Program-made: the position numbers and the translations under genes | From: Thermoanaerobaculia bacterium | GTDB taxonomy: Bacteria > Acidobacteriota > Thermoanaerobaculia > Gp7-AA8 | Assembly (NCBI GenBank): GCA_036389275.1 | Contig: DASVQE010000106.1 | Coordinates: 10,178 to 74,177, forward strand | Length of the DNA stretch: 64,000 bases | Direction: 5' to 3' | In this document: piece after piece, positions 9,570 to 19,504 of the stretch | Numbering within the stretch: position 1 is the first letter of the stretch | Layout of the letters: every line of letters starts with the position of its first letter | The notes under the pieces: model-generated | Seen by the model: only the letters and a program-made list of their open reading frames with translations | Database searches by the model: none | Told to the model about the DNA's origin: nothing

Positions 9570-10333
9570 CGAAGCTGATCGTCGGATTTGTTGTGATGGC
9601 GCTCGTCTTCATGACTCTGGAGCGCTTCGCGGCCGCGACGCCGCGCAAGCCGCTCTTTCGCCGTGAGCGCGCGGTCGACTTCGCCTGGTGGTTCTTCACA
9701 CCGTGGGTGACGAAGACCGCATCGACCCTCGCGGCGATCTTTGCCATCATCGTCGCAACGCTGTTCGTCCGTCTGATCAGCGGCGCCGATCCGTCGGCGC
9801 GTTGGATCGAGGCCCAGCCGCGGGCGTTGCAGATCGTGGAGATGCTCGTCCTCGCCGACCTCCTCGGATACGGCGCCCATCGACTGTTTCACGGACGGAG
9901 CTTGTGGCGGTTCCACGCCATCCATCACAGCGCCGAGGATCTGGATTGGCTGGCTGCGACTCGGATGCATCCGGTGAACGATGTGGTGATGACGGTGCTG
10001 CAGTTCGTTCCGCTCTATCTCATCGGATTCCGCGGCGAGACCCTCACGGCACTCGTTCCGCTGCTCAGCGTCTACGCGCTCCTGCTGCATGCGAACCTGC
10101 GCTGGGACTTTGGTCCGCTGCGATATGTCATCGCCAGCCCCGCTTATCACCGCTGGCATCACACGAGCGAGGCGGAAGGTCTTCAACGCAACTTTGCCGG
10201 GCTCTTTCCGTGGATCGACATGCTCTTCGGAACGCTCTACCTTCCGCGCGATCGCCACGCGCAGCGTTTCGGACTCGAAGGCGATCAGGTCCCGCGCTCG
10301 CTCCTCGCGCAGCTCGCCTATCCGTTCCGCTGA
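9548..10333 (+). CDS. fatty acid hydroxylase superfamily protein (sterol desaturase / carotenoid hydroxylase-like di-iron membrane enzyme)
   Basis: TM helices plus three histidine boxes HRLFH, HAIHH, HRWHH in canonical spacing; start overlaps idi end. Confidence 0.75.
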   Translation: MPPVPSVAKLIVGFVVMALVFMTLERFAAATPRKPLFRRERAVDFAWWFFTPWVTKTASTLAAIFAIIVATLFVRLISGADPSARWIEAQPRALQIVEMLVLADLLGYGAHRLFHGRSLWRFHAIHHSAEDLDWLAATRMHPVNDVVMTVLQFVPLYLIGFRGETLTALVPLLSVYALLLHANLRWDFGPLRYVIASPAYHRWHHTSEAEGLQRNFAGLFPWIDMLFGTLYLPRDRHAQRFGLEGDQVPRSLLAQLAYPFR

Positions 10334-11520
10334 GGCTCAGGATTCTCGAGCACGCGCCTGACTTCCTCGATCACTCCGGGCGTGCGCGGATCGTCGGCTC
10401 CGCCAGGCATCTCCACCACTGACTGTCCGATGACGAGCACGCGCGCGCCGGTCGTCGCTGTGGTCACCTTCGAGGCGTGAGGAGGAGGAGGCGGAATCGC
10501 GAGTGGCGCGGCCGGAATCGCCACCGACGGAAGGCCGAAGGCGATGTAGTAGGCCGTCGTGTGCTGGTAGCCCATCTGAGCCAACCAGTTCGCTTCCGCG
10601 GTTGCGGCAGGATTGATGAGCGAGGAGTTCACGGTTCCGATGATCGGCTGCACGTCCGGCATGATCGGCGCGTAATTTCCCTTCGCTGCGACGGCGGTGG
10701 CGAGCTCCACCAGCGAATCGATGCCGCGGCTCTCTGGGATCGCCGGCGCAAAGAGTGTCGGCAGCGCGGCCATCGTCTGCAGAGCCCACCAGTGTTGAAC
10801 CGGGTCGAGCGTGTTGATGAAACGCCGCGTCGTGCCGCCGAGGCGCGAAGCATAATAGTTCGCGAACTCCAGGTTGCCGGGCGTGGCGCCGGCGGTGGGC
10901 ATCGTCGACACCGTGGCGACGCGGTTCGGGTCCCAGCCCATCGCCGTTCCCTGCTGGTCGGCAAGCCAGAGCGCGAGCGCCGGCGCGAGCGCGCCGCCGA
11001 GGCTGTGTCCAGTGGTCTCGACCTGCACGCGGTTGGAGGAGCGGGTTACCTGCTCCAGGAATTGCGGCAACGTCAGGCCTGCGCCTTGAAGTCCTGCGGA
11101 CGGCGTCATCGTCAGCAGAATCGACACGCCGCTGGCGGTGGCCATGGAAATGGCGGCACCTTCCGCCGCCTGCGCGGGCCACGGCACCTGCACGGCGACA
11201 TTGAAGTCTTCGAGGAACCAGTCCATGGGTGAAGGGATGTTGGTGCCGGCCATGGCCACGACGAAGCGCGTCGGCTGTCCGATCGGGCTGGCCACATACA
11301 TCGCATTGAGCGCATACCCGTCGGCCGGGTACTGCATCACCGCAGGTCCCCAAACCACCTGCCACGGCGTATTCGTCTTCGCCAGACCCTCCGCCACGGA
11401 GTACGCGAGGCGATAGTCCAGACCGGGCCCGGTCAGAAACGAAACGAGGTTGGAGAGATAAGAAAGAAGAAAAACAACCTTGTCGTCCGGAGTGATCGTC
11501 GAGCCCTTCGCTATCGCCAT
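10318..11520 (-). CDS. class 3 lipase (alpha/beta hydrolase)
   Basis: Nucleophile elbow TGHSLGGALAPALALWLA typical of Lipase_3 family; start chosen at internal ATG (MAIAKG...) ~80 nt downstream of terminator copy A. Confidence 0.7.
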   Translation of the reverse strand: MAIAKGSTITPDDKVVFLLSYLSNLVSFLTGPGLDYRLAYSVAEGLAKTNTPWQVVWGPAVMQYPADGYALNAMYVASPIGQPTRFVVAMAGTNIPSPMDWFLEDFNVAVQVPWPAQAAEGAAISMATASGVSILLTMTPSAGLQGAGLTLPQFLEQVTRSSNRVQVETTGHSLGGALAPALALWLADQQGTAMGWDPNRVATVSTMPTAGATPGNLEFANYYASRLGGTTRRFINTLDPVQHWWALQTMAALPTLFAPAIPESRGIDSLVELATAVAAKGNYAPIMPDVQPIIGTVNSSLINPAATAEANWLAQMGYQHTTAYYIAFGLPSVAIPAAPLAIPPPPPHASKVTTATTGARVLVIGQSVVEMPGGADDPRTPGVIEEVRRVLENPEPQRNG

Positions 11521-11602
11521 TCGGCCATCATGACATAAAGACGCAATTCCGTATATGCCGCAAGACAGCGTTTGTGGAATGGCGTTACGGCGAGTCTGCT
11601 CT

Positions 11603-11631
11603 GAAAACACGAAAGCCGCCCAAGTGGCGGC
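11603..11631 (-). terminator. rho-independent terminator-like hairpin (copy A of repeated tRNA-Asp trailer)
   Basis: On minus strand: GCCGCCACTTGGGCGGC hairpin followed by TTTCGTGTTTTCAG; near-identical to element downstream of intact tRNA-Asp at 25180-25208. Confidence 0.5.
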
Positions 11632-11650
11632 TGATCAGCGCAACGAAATT

Positions 11651-11687
11651 TGGCGGGCCGACGGGGCTCGAACGCGCGACCTCGAGG
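11651..11687 (-). repeat. degenerate copy of tRNA-Asp 3' end (T-arm + acceptor 3' strand + CCA), copy A
   Basis: Minus strand reads GAGGTCGCGCGTTCGAGCCCCGTCGGCCCGCCA vs genuine GGAGGTCGCGGGTTCGAGCCCCGTCGGCCCCGCCA; no matching 5' half, so not a functional tRNA. Confidence 0.5.
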
Positions 11688-11950
11688 TCTAACGGATCAG
11701 GCACGCTCGCAGGCGCGACTTTGGCTGAGCCGCGGAACCGCATAACCAACTCGCTACCAATTCGGCATCGGCTAAGTAGCGCCACGGCTCGCGCGAGGCC
11801 GTCCGCCGGCCATCGCGCTCTAGCAGTAGATCGCCGCAGAGCTCATGGCCGCAGACGTAGCGGCAATCATGGGGCCACCTCCTGATGTTGCGTTCTTGGG
11901 GGTCGGGGATAGGAGCGAAGAAGGGAGAATTGGGAGCGAGAAGTCCATTC

Positions 11951-14900
11951 TCAATTCTCAGCAGCCTGCAGCCACCAGGATAGCGCCGCCGCGACGTCGC
12001 TCACGGGCGAGCCACGGAAACGCTGGCGGATCGCTTCGACGAGCTGGCGGTAGTGATCGGCGCGATGCATGCGCGCCCGAATGACGGACGATTGCGTGCG
12101 CCGGCGAATCGCGCGGCCGCCGGCGCCCGGAATCAACAGCGCGGCGCGAATGAGTGCGAACGCGGCATAGCTACGCTCGAGAAGCGCCCGGTCGAGCCGG
12201 AGCAATGTCTCGTTTCCCGACAGAGCCGCGAGATCGCCGAGGTATGCGGTCATGAGCGCATGGCGCCCGGTCCAGCCGGCGGCATCGGGCGGCAATAACC
12301 CCTGGTCTTCCAGGAGCTGGGCAACCTCGTAAAAAATCGGAAAACGCGCCGACTCGCTCGCTTCGAGGTCGAGCATCACAACGGATTGATCGCGCGTCAC
12401 GAGCCAGTTTTCGGCGTGCGCGTCCTTCTTGGCCACGGTCGGCAGCTCGGCATGGAGAGCGGCGCGAAGCATCTCCGCGACGCGCAACCTCTCCTCGCGA
12501 GGAACGTTGCAGAGCGACGCCAGCTCCTTAAGGCTATCGCGGATCACATCCGACAATGACGCCGCGGCCATGAGACCGCTTCCGACGCTGCGCCATGCGT
12601 GGAAACGCGCGAGAAACTGCACGGCGCGATCCAGCAGCACGCTCATTGCCGCCGCCGGATCGGAGCGGCGGAGGACGGCGATTCCGAGCTCGATGCCCGA
12701 TTCGCGGCGCATCACGTATGCAGTATTGCGCGCGGATTCGATCGTGGTGAGAGGTTCCGGCAGACGCATCCACGCCGGAGCTTGCGTCGCGGAGAGATAG
12801 TCGCGAAAAGCGCGGATCGTCGTGACCTCCCTCTCCGCGTTGTCTTTCGGGGTCTCTTTGACGATGAGTGTCGTGCTCAACAGCCGGTGCGGATCGTCGA
12901 TCGTATAGACCTTCGAGCGCCCGCTGTAATTGAAGTCGCGGCGGAAGCCGACCCGATTCTCCACGGCGATGCGACAAGCCTCGTGCAGGAGCTTGCCTGC
13001 CTCGCCGTTCACAGTCATTGCGACCAGCGGTTCCATTGCCGTCTCGCCCAAATGTTGTCGTGCAATCCCGCGCTCTCGCTCGGGCGCGCGCGACGCTTCG
13101 GCGAGCTGCATGACCGGCCACGCCCACGTGGGATCGGTCTGCGCCGCATCGGCCGCGGCACGAATGGCGGTGGTGAGGTCGGCGGCGGAATGCGTAATGG
13201 ACCAGATCTGTAATGCGGCATTGGCCGTGACGCTGAGATTCTCGCGCCAGCTCACGGCGTCGCCGGCGCCTGCCGAAGCACGCGCCCGATTCTTCCACTG
13301 CACCGCGGCCCGCAGATCTTCGACGTCGCGCCGCGCCCTCCCGCGCCGGAAATAGACGTCGCCCACGAGTCCGAACAACTCGGGGGTAGTATTTCCAAGC
13401 TCGTGCGCCTTCTCCAGATGGCGGATCGCCTCCGCCGCGTCGGGATCGTCACCGGTCAGGCCGTGAAGACGCGCATAAGCCTCGCCAGCGCGGCTATGCA
13501 CCGCCTTGACCGGGATTTTCTCCGAGAACGCGACGCCGGAAGAGTGGCGCGCAAATGCGTGCTCCATGAAATCGGCCGCGTCACGCAACAGAAGAACGGC
13601 GGCGGCGTCATGACCTTCCGCGAGCTCATTTCTGGCGAGCCGCAACGCCACCTCGCCGGCATGGCCATAAAGCTCCGGCGCGGCGGGCTCCTCGGTGGCA
13701 TCGATTGCCTCCATATACAACGCGTACGCCTCCCGATAGAGCGCGACGTCCTTTCGCGCCTTCGCGAGGAGCAGGGTCAGGCTGGCCGCGTGTCCTAGTG
13801 CAAAGCGGCGCGCCGGTCCCGAATGTGCTGGCTGCGCGGCGACACGCGTAAATATTGCCACGACGGGATGGACATACTCACGCCATTTCGGGTGGTCGCG
13901 CCTGACGAGAAACCGCAATGCATTGCTGAGCACCGGAACCAAGACGACGGTCTCGGGCGCTCGCTCGCGGATCCACCATTCGAGTTGCCGTGCGGTTTCT
14001 TCGAGATCCTCCGCGGCCATGCTGATCGCGAGCTCCGTATTGGCGACGCCGTACTTCGCTCGCTCCCTCAACCCCTCGGCGCCCTGAACCTCCTCGGCCG
14101 CGACCGCGCGATCCAGCGCCTCGCGCGCGTCCACGAGTGATCCCTGCAGCTCATTGCGTTTGTGCCGCAACTCCGCGCGGGCAACGAGGGCGGCCGGCAG
14201 CCACAGGTTCCTGAAGCTGGCGTTGTTCTCCCGTTCCACGTGCCGTAGGTCGTCGATGGCCCGCTCGAGCACGGCTTCTTCACGCGCGGGGTCGTCAATC
14301 ATGTACGTCCATCGCACAGCGGCGGCGGCGCGATTGAGGCGAAGGTACGGCTCCGCATGCGCGTGATGCGGCGGAAGCTCGAGCCCTTCCGTAAATGCAG
14401 CCATGGAGGATTCGAGTAGCGCAATCGCCTTCTCCGAATCTCCCTGCTCGGAGAGTCGATCCGCAAGTGCGGACGCAACAGTGCCGCGCAGACTGGAGAG
14501 CGCGCGCGTGCGCAATCCGCGTCCTCGCGCTTCGTCCAGCACCGCGGATGCGGCATGCAATTCGGTTATGTCGCGTGAGGTCTCATAGTGGTATAGCCAG
14601 GCTTCCACGAGATACTCCGAACGCTGCGGCGAGGAATCGCCAAGCAATCCGCTTTCCTGCAGATCCGCGATGGCGCGGACGAACAGTTCCGGCTGCGCTT
14701 GCGACCTGCCGAGAAAAACGGAAGTGACGCCGCGCATCCCGAGATAGCGGCGCCGCACGTGAGGATTCATCCGCGCTGCGTCCGCGGTCAGAAGGAAATC
14801 GAAATCGCGCAGGCACGCCTGCAGAGCCGCGACCTTTTCCGGGGTAATCGTCCCGCGGCGCCCGTAATGAAATTCGCGAGACGCCATGCTGCGCCTCGAT

Positions 14901-15277
14901 TCGAAATAGCATCCGGAAAGCGACATCGGACGGCCGGAGTTTGTCGCGGTACTCGTGGCGAGAAACCGGTGCAGGGTGCGCTCCCAAGGCATTCCGCGCT
15001 CGAACGCGCTCCGGAAGACTCCGAGCAGCAGCAGCACCGGGCGGTCCCACATTTCTTCGTCCGGCACTCGACGGTTGTCCAAAAACGTTTTCCATGCGCG
15101 GCCGAACACCACGCCGTCCGCTGGCGGACTCAATAAATCTGCAATGGTGACCGGGGCGATCAGCTCATTCGCGCGCGCGACGAGCTCCGCGTCGTCAAGA
15201 GCAATGCCGAGGGAGCGAAACGTCTCTTGTACGTCAGCATGAATGAAGGATGAGCTTACTTCTCTTACAGTATACAT
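11951..15277 (-). CDS. giant helical-repeat (TPR-like) protein with C-terminal APH/choline-kinase-like phosphotransferase domain
   Basis: 1108 aa; C-terminal ~300 aa carries kinase-fold landmarks: Gly-rich stretch then lysine (NYSGRSKVYTI...TLIVKETP), catalytic-loop-like DAHAENWLVTRD, and LDLE (cf. APH HGDxxxxN and IDxE); N-terminal ~750 aa alpha-helical repeats; no P-loop. Confidence 0.7.
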   Translation of the reverse strand: MYTVREVSSSFIHADVQETFRSLGIALDDAELVARANELIAPVTIADLLSPPADGVVFGRAWKTFLDNRRVPDEEMWDRPVLLLLGVFRSAFERGMPWERTLHRFLATSTATNSGRPMSLSGCYFESRRSMASREFHYGRRGTITPEKVAALQACLRDFDFLLTADAARMNPHVRRRYLGMRGVTSVFLGRSQAQPELFVRAIADLQESGLLGDSSPQRSEYLVEAWLYHYETSRDITELHAASAVLDEARGRGLRTRALSSLRGTVASALADRLSEQGDSEKAIALLESSMAAFTEGLELPPHHAHAEPYLRLNRAAAAVRWTYMIDDPAREEAVLERAIDDLRHVERENNASFRNLWLPAALVARAELRHKRNELQGSLVDAREALDRAVAAEEVQGAEGLRERAKYGVANTELAISMAAEDLEETARQLEWWIRERAPETVVLVPVLSNALRFLVRRDHPKWREYVHPVVAIFTRVAAQPAHSGPARRFALGHAASLTLLLAKARKDVALYREAYALYMEAIDATEEPAAPELYGHAGEVALRLARNELAEGHDAAAVLLLRDAADFMEHAFARHSSGVAFSEKIPVKAVHSRAGEAYARLHGLTGDDPDAAEAIRHLEKAHELGNTTPELFGLVGDVYFRRGRARRDVEDLRAAVQWKNRARASAGAGDAVSWRENLSVTANAALQIWSITHSAADLTTAIRAAADAAQTDPTWAWPVMQLAEASRAPERERGIARQHLGETAMEPLVAMTVNGEAGKLLHEACRIAVENRVGFRRDFNYSGRSKVYTIDDPHRLLSTTLIVKETPKDNAEREVTTIRAFRDYLSATQAPAWMRLPEPLTTIESARNTAYVMRRESGIELGIAVLRRSDPAAAMSVLLDRAVQFLARFHAWRSVGSGLMAAASLSDVIRDSLKELASLCNVPREERLRVAEMLRAALHAELPTVAKKDAHAENWLVTRDQSVVMLDLEASESARFPIFYEVAQLLEDQGLLPPDAAGWTGRHALMTAYLGDLAALSGNETLLRLDRALLERSYAAFALIRAALLIPGAGGRAIRRRTQSSVIRARMHRADHYRQLVEAIRQRFRGSPVSDVAAALSWWLQAAEN

Positions 15278-15610
15278 ACCGCCGGATTATAGAAGCTCGT
15301 GCCCCGGATCGATGTGGGTCATCTCGGCGATGACCATGCATTCGGGTGCGCCTCGCCGCTCCTGCCGCCGGGAAGAGGCAACACCGAGGCCGCAGACGAT
15401 GGCGCAGGTCCAAAAGATGTCGCGCAGGGTGCCTTCGAGGCGCCCTGCAACTGCGCGAGCTCGGCGCGAGCGATGTGCGATCGCACCAATGACCTCGTTC
15501 GCGTGGAACATTCGCGATTTGCACCGTTATTCAGTGCTTTCCGCAGCCTCTCGAAACGCCTACCTTGTGCGGAACGTTGTGCAGCTCGTTCGTCGCTTTT
15601 TCGTGTATGC

Positions 15611-15636
15611 AAACGAAAACGCCGCCAAGTGGCGGC
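15611..15636 (-). terminator. terminator-like hairpin (copy B of tRNA-Asp trailer), 3' of TPR-CHAT gene
   Basis: GCCGCCAAGTGGCGGC palindrome preceded on + strand by aaacgaaaac (U-run on minus strand). Confidence 0.5.
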
Positions 15637-15653
15637 GAGTGAATCACTTAGAT

Positions 15654-15713
15654 TGGCGGGGGCGACGGGGCTCGAACCCGCGACCTCCGGCGTGACAGGC
15701 CGGAGGGCTAACG
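15654..15713 (-). repeat. partial tRNA-Asp copy B (anticodon arm through CCA), pseudo-tRNA
   Basis: Minus strand CCGGCCTGTCACGCCGGAGGTCGCGGGTTCGAGCCCCGTCGCCCCCGCCA matches 3' ~50 nt of tRNA-Asp at 25228-25304 incl. GTC anticodon loop; D-arm and 5' acceptor absent. Confidence 0.6.
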
Positions 15714-15893
15714 ATTTGTGCATGCCGGGACCATCCGTATACGGCCGCGCAATGCCCCTCGATGTGTCCCGTTCATACAATCAATTGCCCAATGCGCGCA
15801 CCTCAGCCGTATTCGCTCGACATAGCCACCCCTTGGTCGCGATCTCCGAGGACCCAACGTGAAGAGATTCAAATCGAGGGCTGGCGTGCGACC

Positions 15894-18800
15894 TCACGAA
15901 GAGGTAACGAAGGCGTTGGGGGGCAGCTCGTTCGGATCGCCGATACAAATGAAACCCGCCCACAAATAGGGCGCTTCGTAGTCCTTCGCGACGGTGCGTT
16001 GCGCCAGCCGGAGCGCCTCCACGCGCCGGGCGCCGCGTTTCAGATGGACGTAGAAATGCTCCATCAGCTCGCGTGTCGCGTCGTCCGGTACGGGCCACAG
16101 GCTGACGATCAGCGTCCGTGCCCCGGCGAGTAGGAAGACGCGGCGGAGTCCGAAGACGCCTTCGCCAATCTGGTACTCACCGAGTCCCGTTTCGCAGGCC
16201 GAGAGCACGACCAATTCGGTGCTGGTGAGGTCCATCGAAAGCACATCTTCGGCGAACAGCACGCCGTCATCGAGGTCGTCGACGGCCGACATCCCTTCTA
16301 GCCACGTATTCGCGCCGGCGAGGACCACGCCGGAGCGAAGCAGCGCGTCTTTGCCGCCCAGCGGCCGGGGAGTGCTGCGGGCGTTTCGCAGAAGCGACTC
16401 CGCGGCGGCGGACTGGTCTTCCACGAAGAAACCATGCGTCGCGAGGTGGAGGATGAGAGGAGAGCGCCGTGATTTCACGGCCCGCTCCGTTGCCTCGGCG
16501 CCGAGAAGCGGCCGCACGTTGAGGAGTGTGGCCACGGCTTCTCCTTCCGCGCGCGTTCCGGCGAGCGGAAGGAAGACCGGAGACGTGATCTCGCGGTTCG
16601 CTCCGGCGTCGTAGTCCGGATCCGCTATTACCAGCGGGGCTGATGCGGGAGCGCCGGAAGCGTGCTGCACTCGCAGCAGATCGCGTGCTGTGGGGAGATA
16701 GCTGATCTCGAATAGGTCTCCGATGGAATCGCCGGTCTCCGTCTGCAGAATCCCGAACGGTAAGCGATGCAGCGCGCCGTCCGGAACGATGAACAGACGG
16801 TCGCGGCCGGCCAGCGCGGGCGCGAACGAATTCCACAGATGCTGCCACAGGTTCGCGCTCAGTCGGGTCCATTGGGCGCGGATCGGAATCGCCAGGTGGG
16901 GGAGGGCCGATTCCGCCTCGAGATCCTTCCGGATCTGTTCGATCAGCGGATCGATGTTCTCGGCTGAGCCGAGCACACACATTGTCACGCGCTCCGGCGC
17001 GCCGTTCGGCAGGATGAAGCCGAAATAGGCGCGCACCCGTCGGTCGGTGCCGGCCGCAAACATGTCGAGGGTGAGGAATTCGAGCAACGCGGCACCGAGA
17101 GGAAGCGCGGCAGCGAGCGAGGCGCGGTCGGCGCGCCGCAAACGCTCGGCCAGAGCGATTTCCGGGACGACGCGTGCGAGATCGAGTTCCAGCTTGCGCC
17201 GCTGCGATTTCAGCTCCCCGATCTGGTCTGCCGCGCCGTCCGCGGCATCCAGCGTCAGCCGGGCGATCTTGGCGCGCACCGCGAGCAGCTCGTCGAACTT
17301 CGGCCGCAGCTCCGAGCGGGTGTTGAGCGCGAGCAGCTCGCGCTCCGACGCGATCGTCTCCGCGAGGATGGCCTTCCGCTGCACGGCCATGTCGAACATC
17401 ACCATGGCGATGGCGGGATGCTCGTCGATGTGCGGCAGCAGCATCATGCCCGCGGTTGCGACACGCTCGAGGATCTCGCGCAGAAACGCAGCGCGCTCCT
17501 CTTCCGACGTCGCACCGAACGCGGCATCGATGGCCAGGTTTTCTTCGCGAAGGCTCTCCGACAGCATGACCACGGCATCGTCGACCCGCCCCGCGTCGAT
17601 GAGAGCCATCGCCAGGTTGAAGGCTGACTGGGCGCGGAACGGATGACCCTCTGGAAGAACGCGTTTGCGGATCGACAGCGCCTCGGTCTGCAGATCGATG
17701 GCGTCCTGCCCGCGCCCGGTTCGCGCATACGCGTTCGAAAGGTTATTCGCATTCGCCGTCCACTGGATGTCGCGCTCCTTCTTGAGCGCAAGCGCTTCTT
17801 CGAGATGCTCGATGGCTCGCCTGTCGTCGCCGCAATTGAGAAAGAAAAGTCCCGCGTTGTTGAGCGCGGCGGACAACTCCAGCGGCTCCTCGGCCGCTGT
17901 GCGAAGAATCGCCAAGGCCTCCTTGAACAGAGCCTCGGCCGCATCGCGCCGTTTCTCGAACTCATGCACGCTCGCTTGGTGCATCAGCGCCATGGCATAC
18001 CAGCGCGATCTCTTTCCTTCCTTCTCCGCGCGCGCACGGAACTGTGCAACGAGCGGCTTCATGGCCTCGATGTTGCCCATACGGTGATAGACATCGATGA
18101 GCTGATTGAGCGGAGTCCCGATGCGGTCGAAGGGCTGATCGTCGGGGTTCTCGATGCGCATGAGCCGTTCGAGGGCGCGCTTTGCTTCCGGGTCGTTGTG
18201 CTCCGCGAGCTCGAGACCGGAAAGGTGCTCGATCGTGTTGCGCAGATCGGAGTCCGTTGCGTCCTCCCGGCTCTCCTTCGCGGCAACCGACCGGCGGTAG
18301 TGTTCGCGGGCCTGTGTGGCATCGCCGGAGATGTTATGTAGCGCGCCGAGGTTGTGCAGTGTTCCGGCGATCTCCCGATGATCGGGTGGAAGAACCTGTT
18401 GCTGGATCTGCAACGCCTCGCGGAGCAGCTCGCCGGCTCTCGGAAGGTCGGTCCGCAGGGTGATCAGCGCGTAAGCCACATTCCCCAGCATTCGCGCCAA
18501 GCCCGCATCGGGGGCCGCCGTCTCGCGATGGATGCGAACGGCGTGCTCGAAGAGCGTGCGCGCGCCGTGGAGATCTCCACGCTCGCGGAAGGCGATCCCG
18601 GTGTTGTTCAGCTCCGCCGAGAGTTGCGGTGCCCATTCGCGGATCGCCGCGGGATCGCCCATCTTGAGGCAAGCTACGACGTTGTCGACGCTTACGGGCT
18701 CTTCGCGTTCGGTTGCACCGCGCAGCCTCGTGAGCAGAGCCAGGACGGAGACACGCTGGCCCTTCGCGGCGACCGCCGGATCGACTGCGCCGGGATCCTC

Positions 18801-19448
18801 ACCGGCGGCACCGCGGATGAGGATGATGTTCTCCGCATAGATTCGCTCTCCTTCGGCATCGCCGAAGCGGCGGCAATGTTCGTACGCCGCCGTAGTCGCC
18901 TCGAGCGCGCCGCGATGATCGTCCGCCGCCAAGCGGCATTCGCCGATACGGCCGAGAACCATTGATCGCAGGTGATCGACGGCCGGACCGTCGGCGGCGT
19001 CCATCTCGCGCAGCACGGAAGCAAGCATCCGCTCCGCGCGCTGGCCGTCGCCGTTCTCGAGTATGGAGGATGCCTCCTCCATCATGTGCTGCCAGCGCTC
19101 GGTAGGGTCGTCGTCTTCTTCGCCCTCCTCCTCGTCATCGCCGGGCTGCGACATCAGCAGCTCGCGCGGGCCGGTGTCCCCCAGGTAATCGGCGAAGAAC
19201 TTCGCGATCGTGCCGAGGACCATGCCGTGGAGCTGGACCTCGGATCCATCGGTGCCTTCCTTGATCTCGATGACCCGCCATTGTGGTAGCTCGCGTTTGA
19301 TCAGCTCGCGATGCTTGCGGCAGAGATCGAGGAACGCCTGTGCGTCACCCCGCGCGGCGGCCTTGCGCAGTTCTTTCCACACTTTTTCGGGCGACGCGGC
19401 GCGGAAGAAATCAAACACGGGGCCTCCTGATGACGGACTCCACGTCAT
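15894..19448 (-). CDS. giant TPR-repeat protein with C-terminal CHAT (caspase-like) peptidase domain
   Basis: 1184 aa; C-terminal CHAT signature with catalytic dyad context PLILHLATHGFF (His) and ELVVLSACETGLGE (Cys); long TPR-like repeats upstream; acidic Glu/Asp run near N-terminus. Confidence 0.8.
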   Translation of the reverse strand: MTWSPSSGGPVFDFFRAASPEKVWKELRKAAARGDAQAFLDLCRKHRELIKRELPQWRVIEIKEGTDGSEVQLHGMVLGTIAKFFADYLGDTGPRELLMSQPGDDEEEGEEDDDPTERWQHMMEEASSILENGDGQRAERMLASVLREMDAADGPAVDHLRSMVLGRIGECRLAADDHRGALEATTAAYEHCRRFGDAEGERIYAENIILIRGAAGEDPGAVDPAVAAKGQRVSVLALLTRLRGATEREEPVSVDNVVACLKMGDPAAIREWAPQLSAELNNTGIAFRERGDLHGARTLFEHAVRIHRETAAPDAGLARMLGNVAYALITLRTDLPRAGELLREALQIQQQVLPPDHREIAGTLHNLGALHNISGDATQAREHYRRSVAAKESREDATDSDLRNTIEHLSGLELAEHNDPEAKRALERLMRIENPDDQPFDRIGTPLNQLIDVYHRMGNIEAMKPLVAQFRARAEKEGKRSRWYAMALMHQASVHEFEKRRDAAEALFKEALAILRTAAEEPLELSAALNNAGLFFLNCGDDRRAIEHLEEALALKKERDIQWTANANNLSNAYARTGRGQDAIDLQTEALSIRKRVLPEGHPFRAQSAFNLAMALIDAGRVDDAVVMLSESLREENLAIDAAFGATSEEERAAFLREILERVATAGMMLLPHIDEHPAIAMVMFDMAVQRKAILAETIASERELLALNTRSELRPKFDELLAVRAKIARLTLDAADGAADQIGELKSQRRKLELDLARVVPEIALAERLRRADRASLAAALPLGAALLEFLTLDMFAAGTDRRVRAYFGFILPNGAPERVTMCVLGSAENIDPLIEQIRKDLEAESALPHLAIPIRAQWTRLSANLWQHLWNSFAPALAGRDRLFIVPDGALHRLPFGILQTETGDSIGDLFEISYLPTARDLLRVQHASGAPASAPLVIADPDYDAGANREITSPVFLPLAGTRAEGEAVATLLNVRPLLGAEATERAVKSRRSPLILHLATHGFFVEDQSAAAESLLRNARSTPRPLGGKDALLRSGVVLAGANTWLEGMSAVDDLDDGVLFAEDVLSMDLTSTELVVLSACETGLGEYQIGEGVFGLRRVFLLAGARTLIVSLWPVPDDATRELMEHFYVHLKRGARRVEALRLAQRTVAKDYEAPYLWAGFICIGDPNELPPNAFVTSS

Positions 19449-19504
19449 TGATGGAACGACGTACTCACCTCGTGGAGCCTCGATATTAAGTGCCTGGACA
19501 GTGA

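Noticed and set aside
11651-11790. Possibility that repeat copy A is a distinct functional type-II tRNA (a GAATTGGTAG-like D-loop string lies 5' of it)
   Set aside because: No 5' acceptor strand complementary to the 3' end; T-stem has a mismatch and acceptor is 1 nt short; best explained as degraded tRNA-Asp 3' copy plus unrelated sequence.
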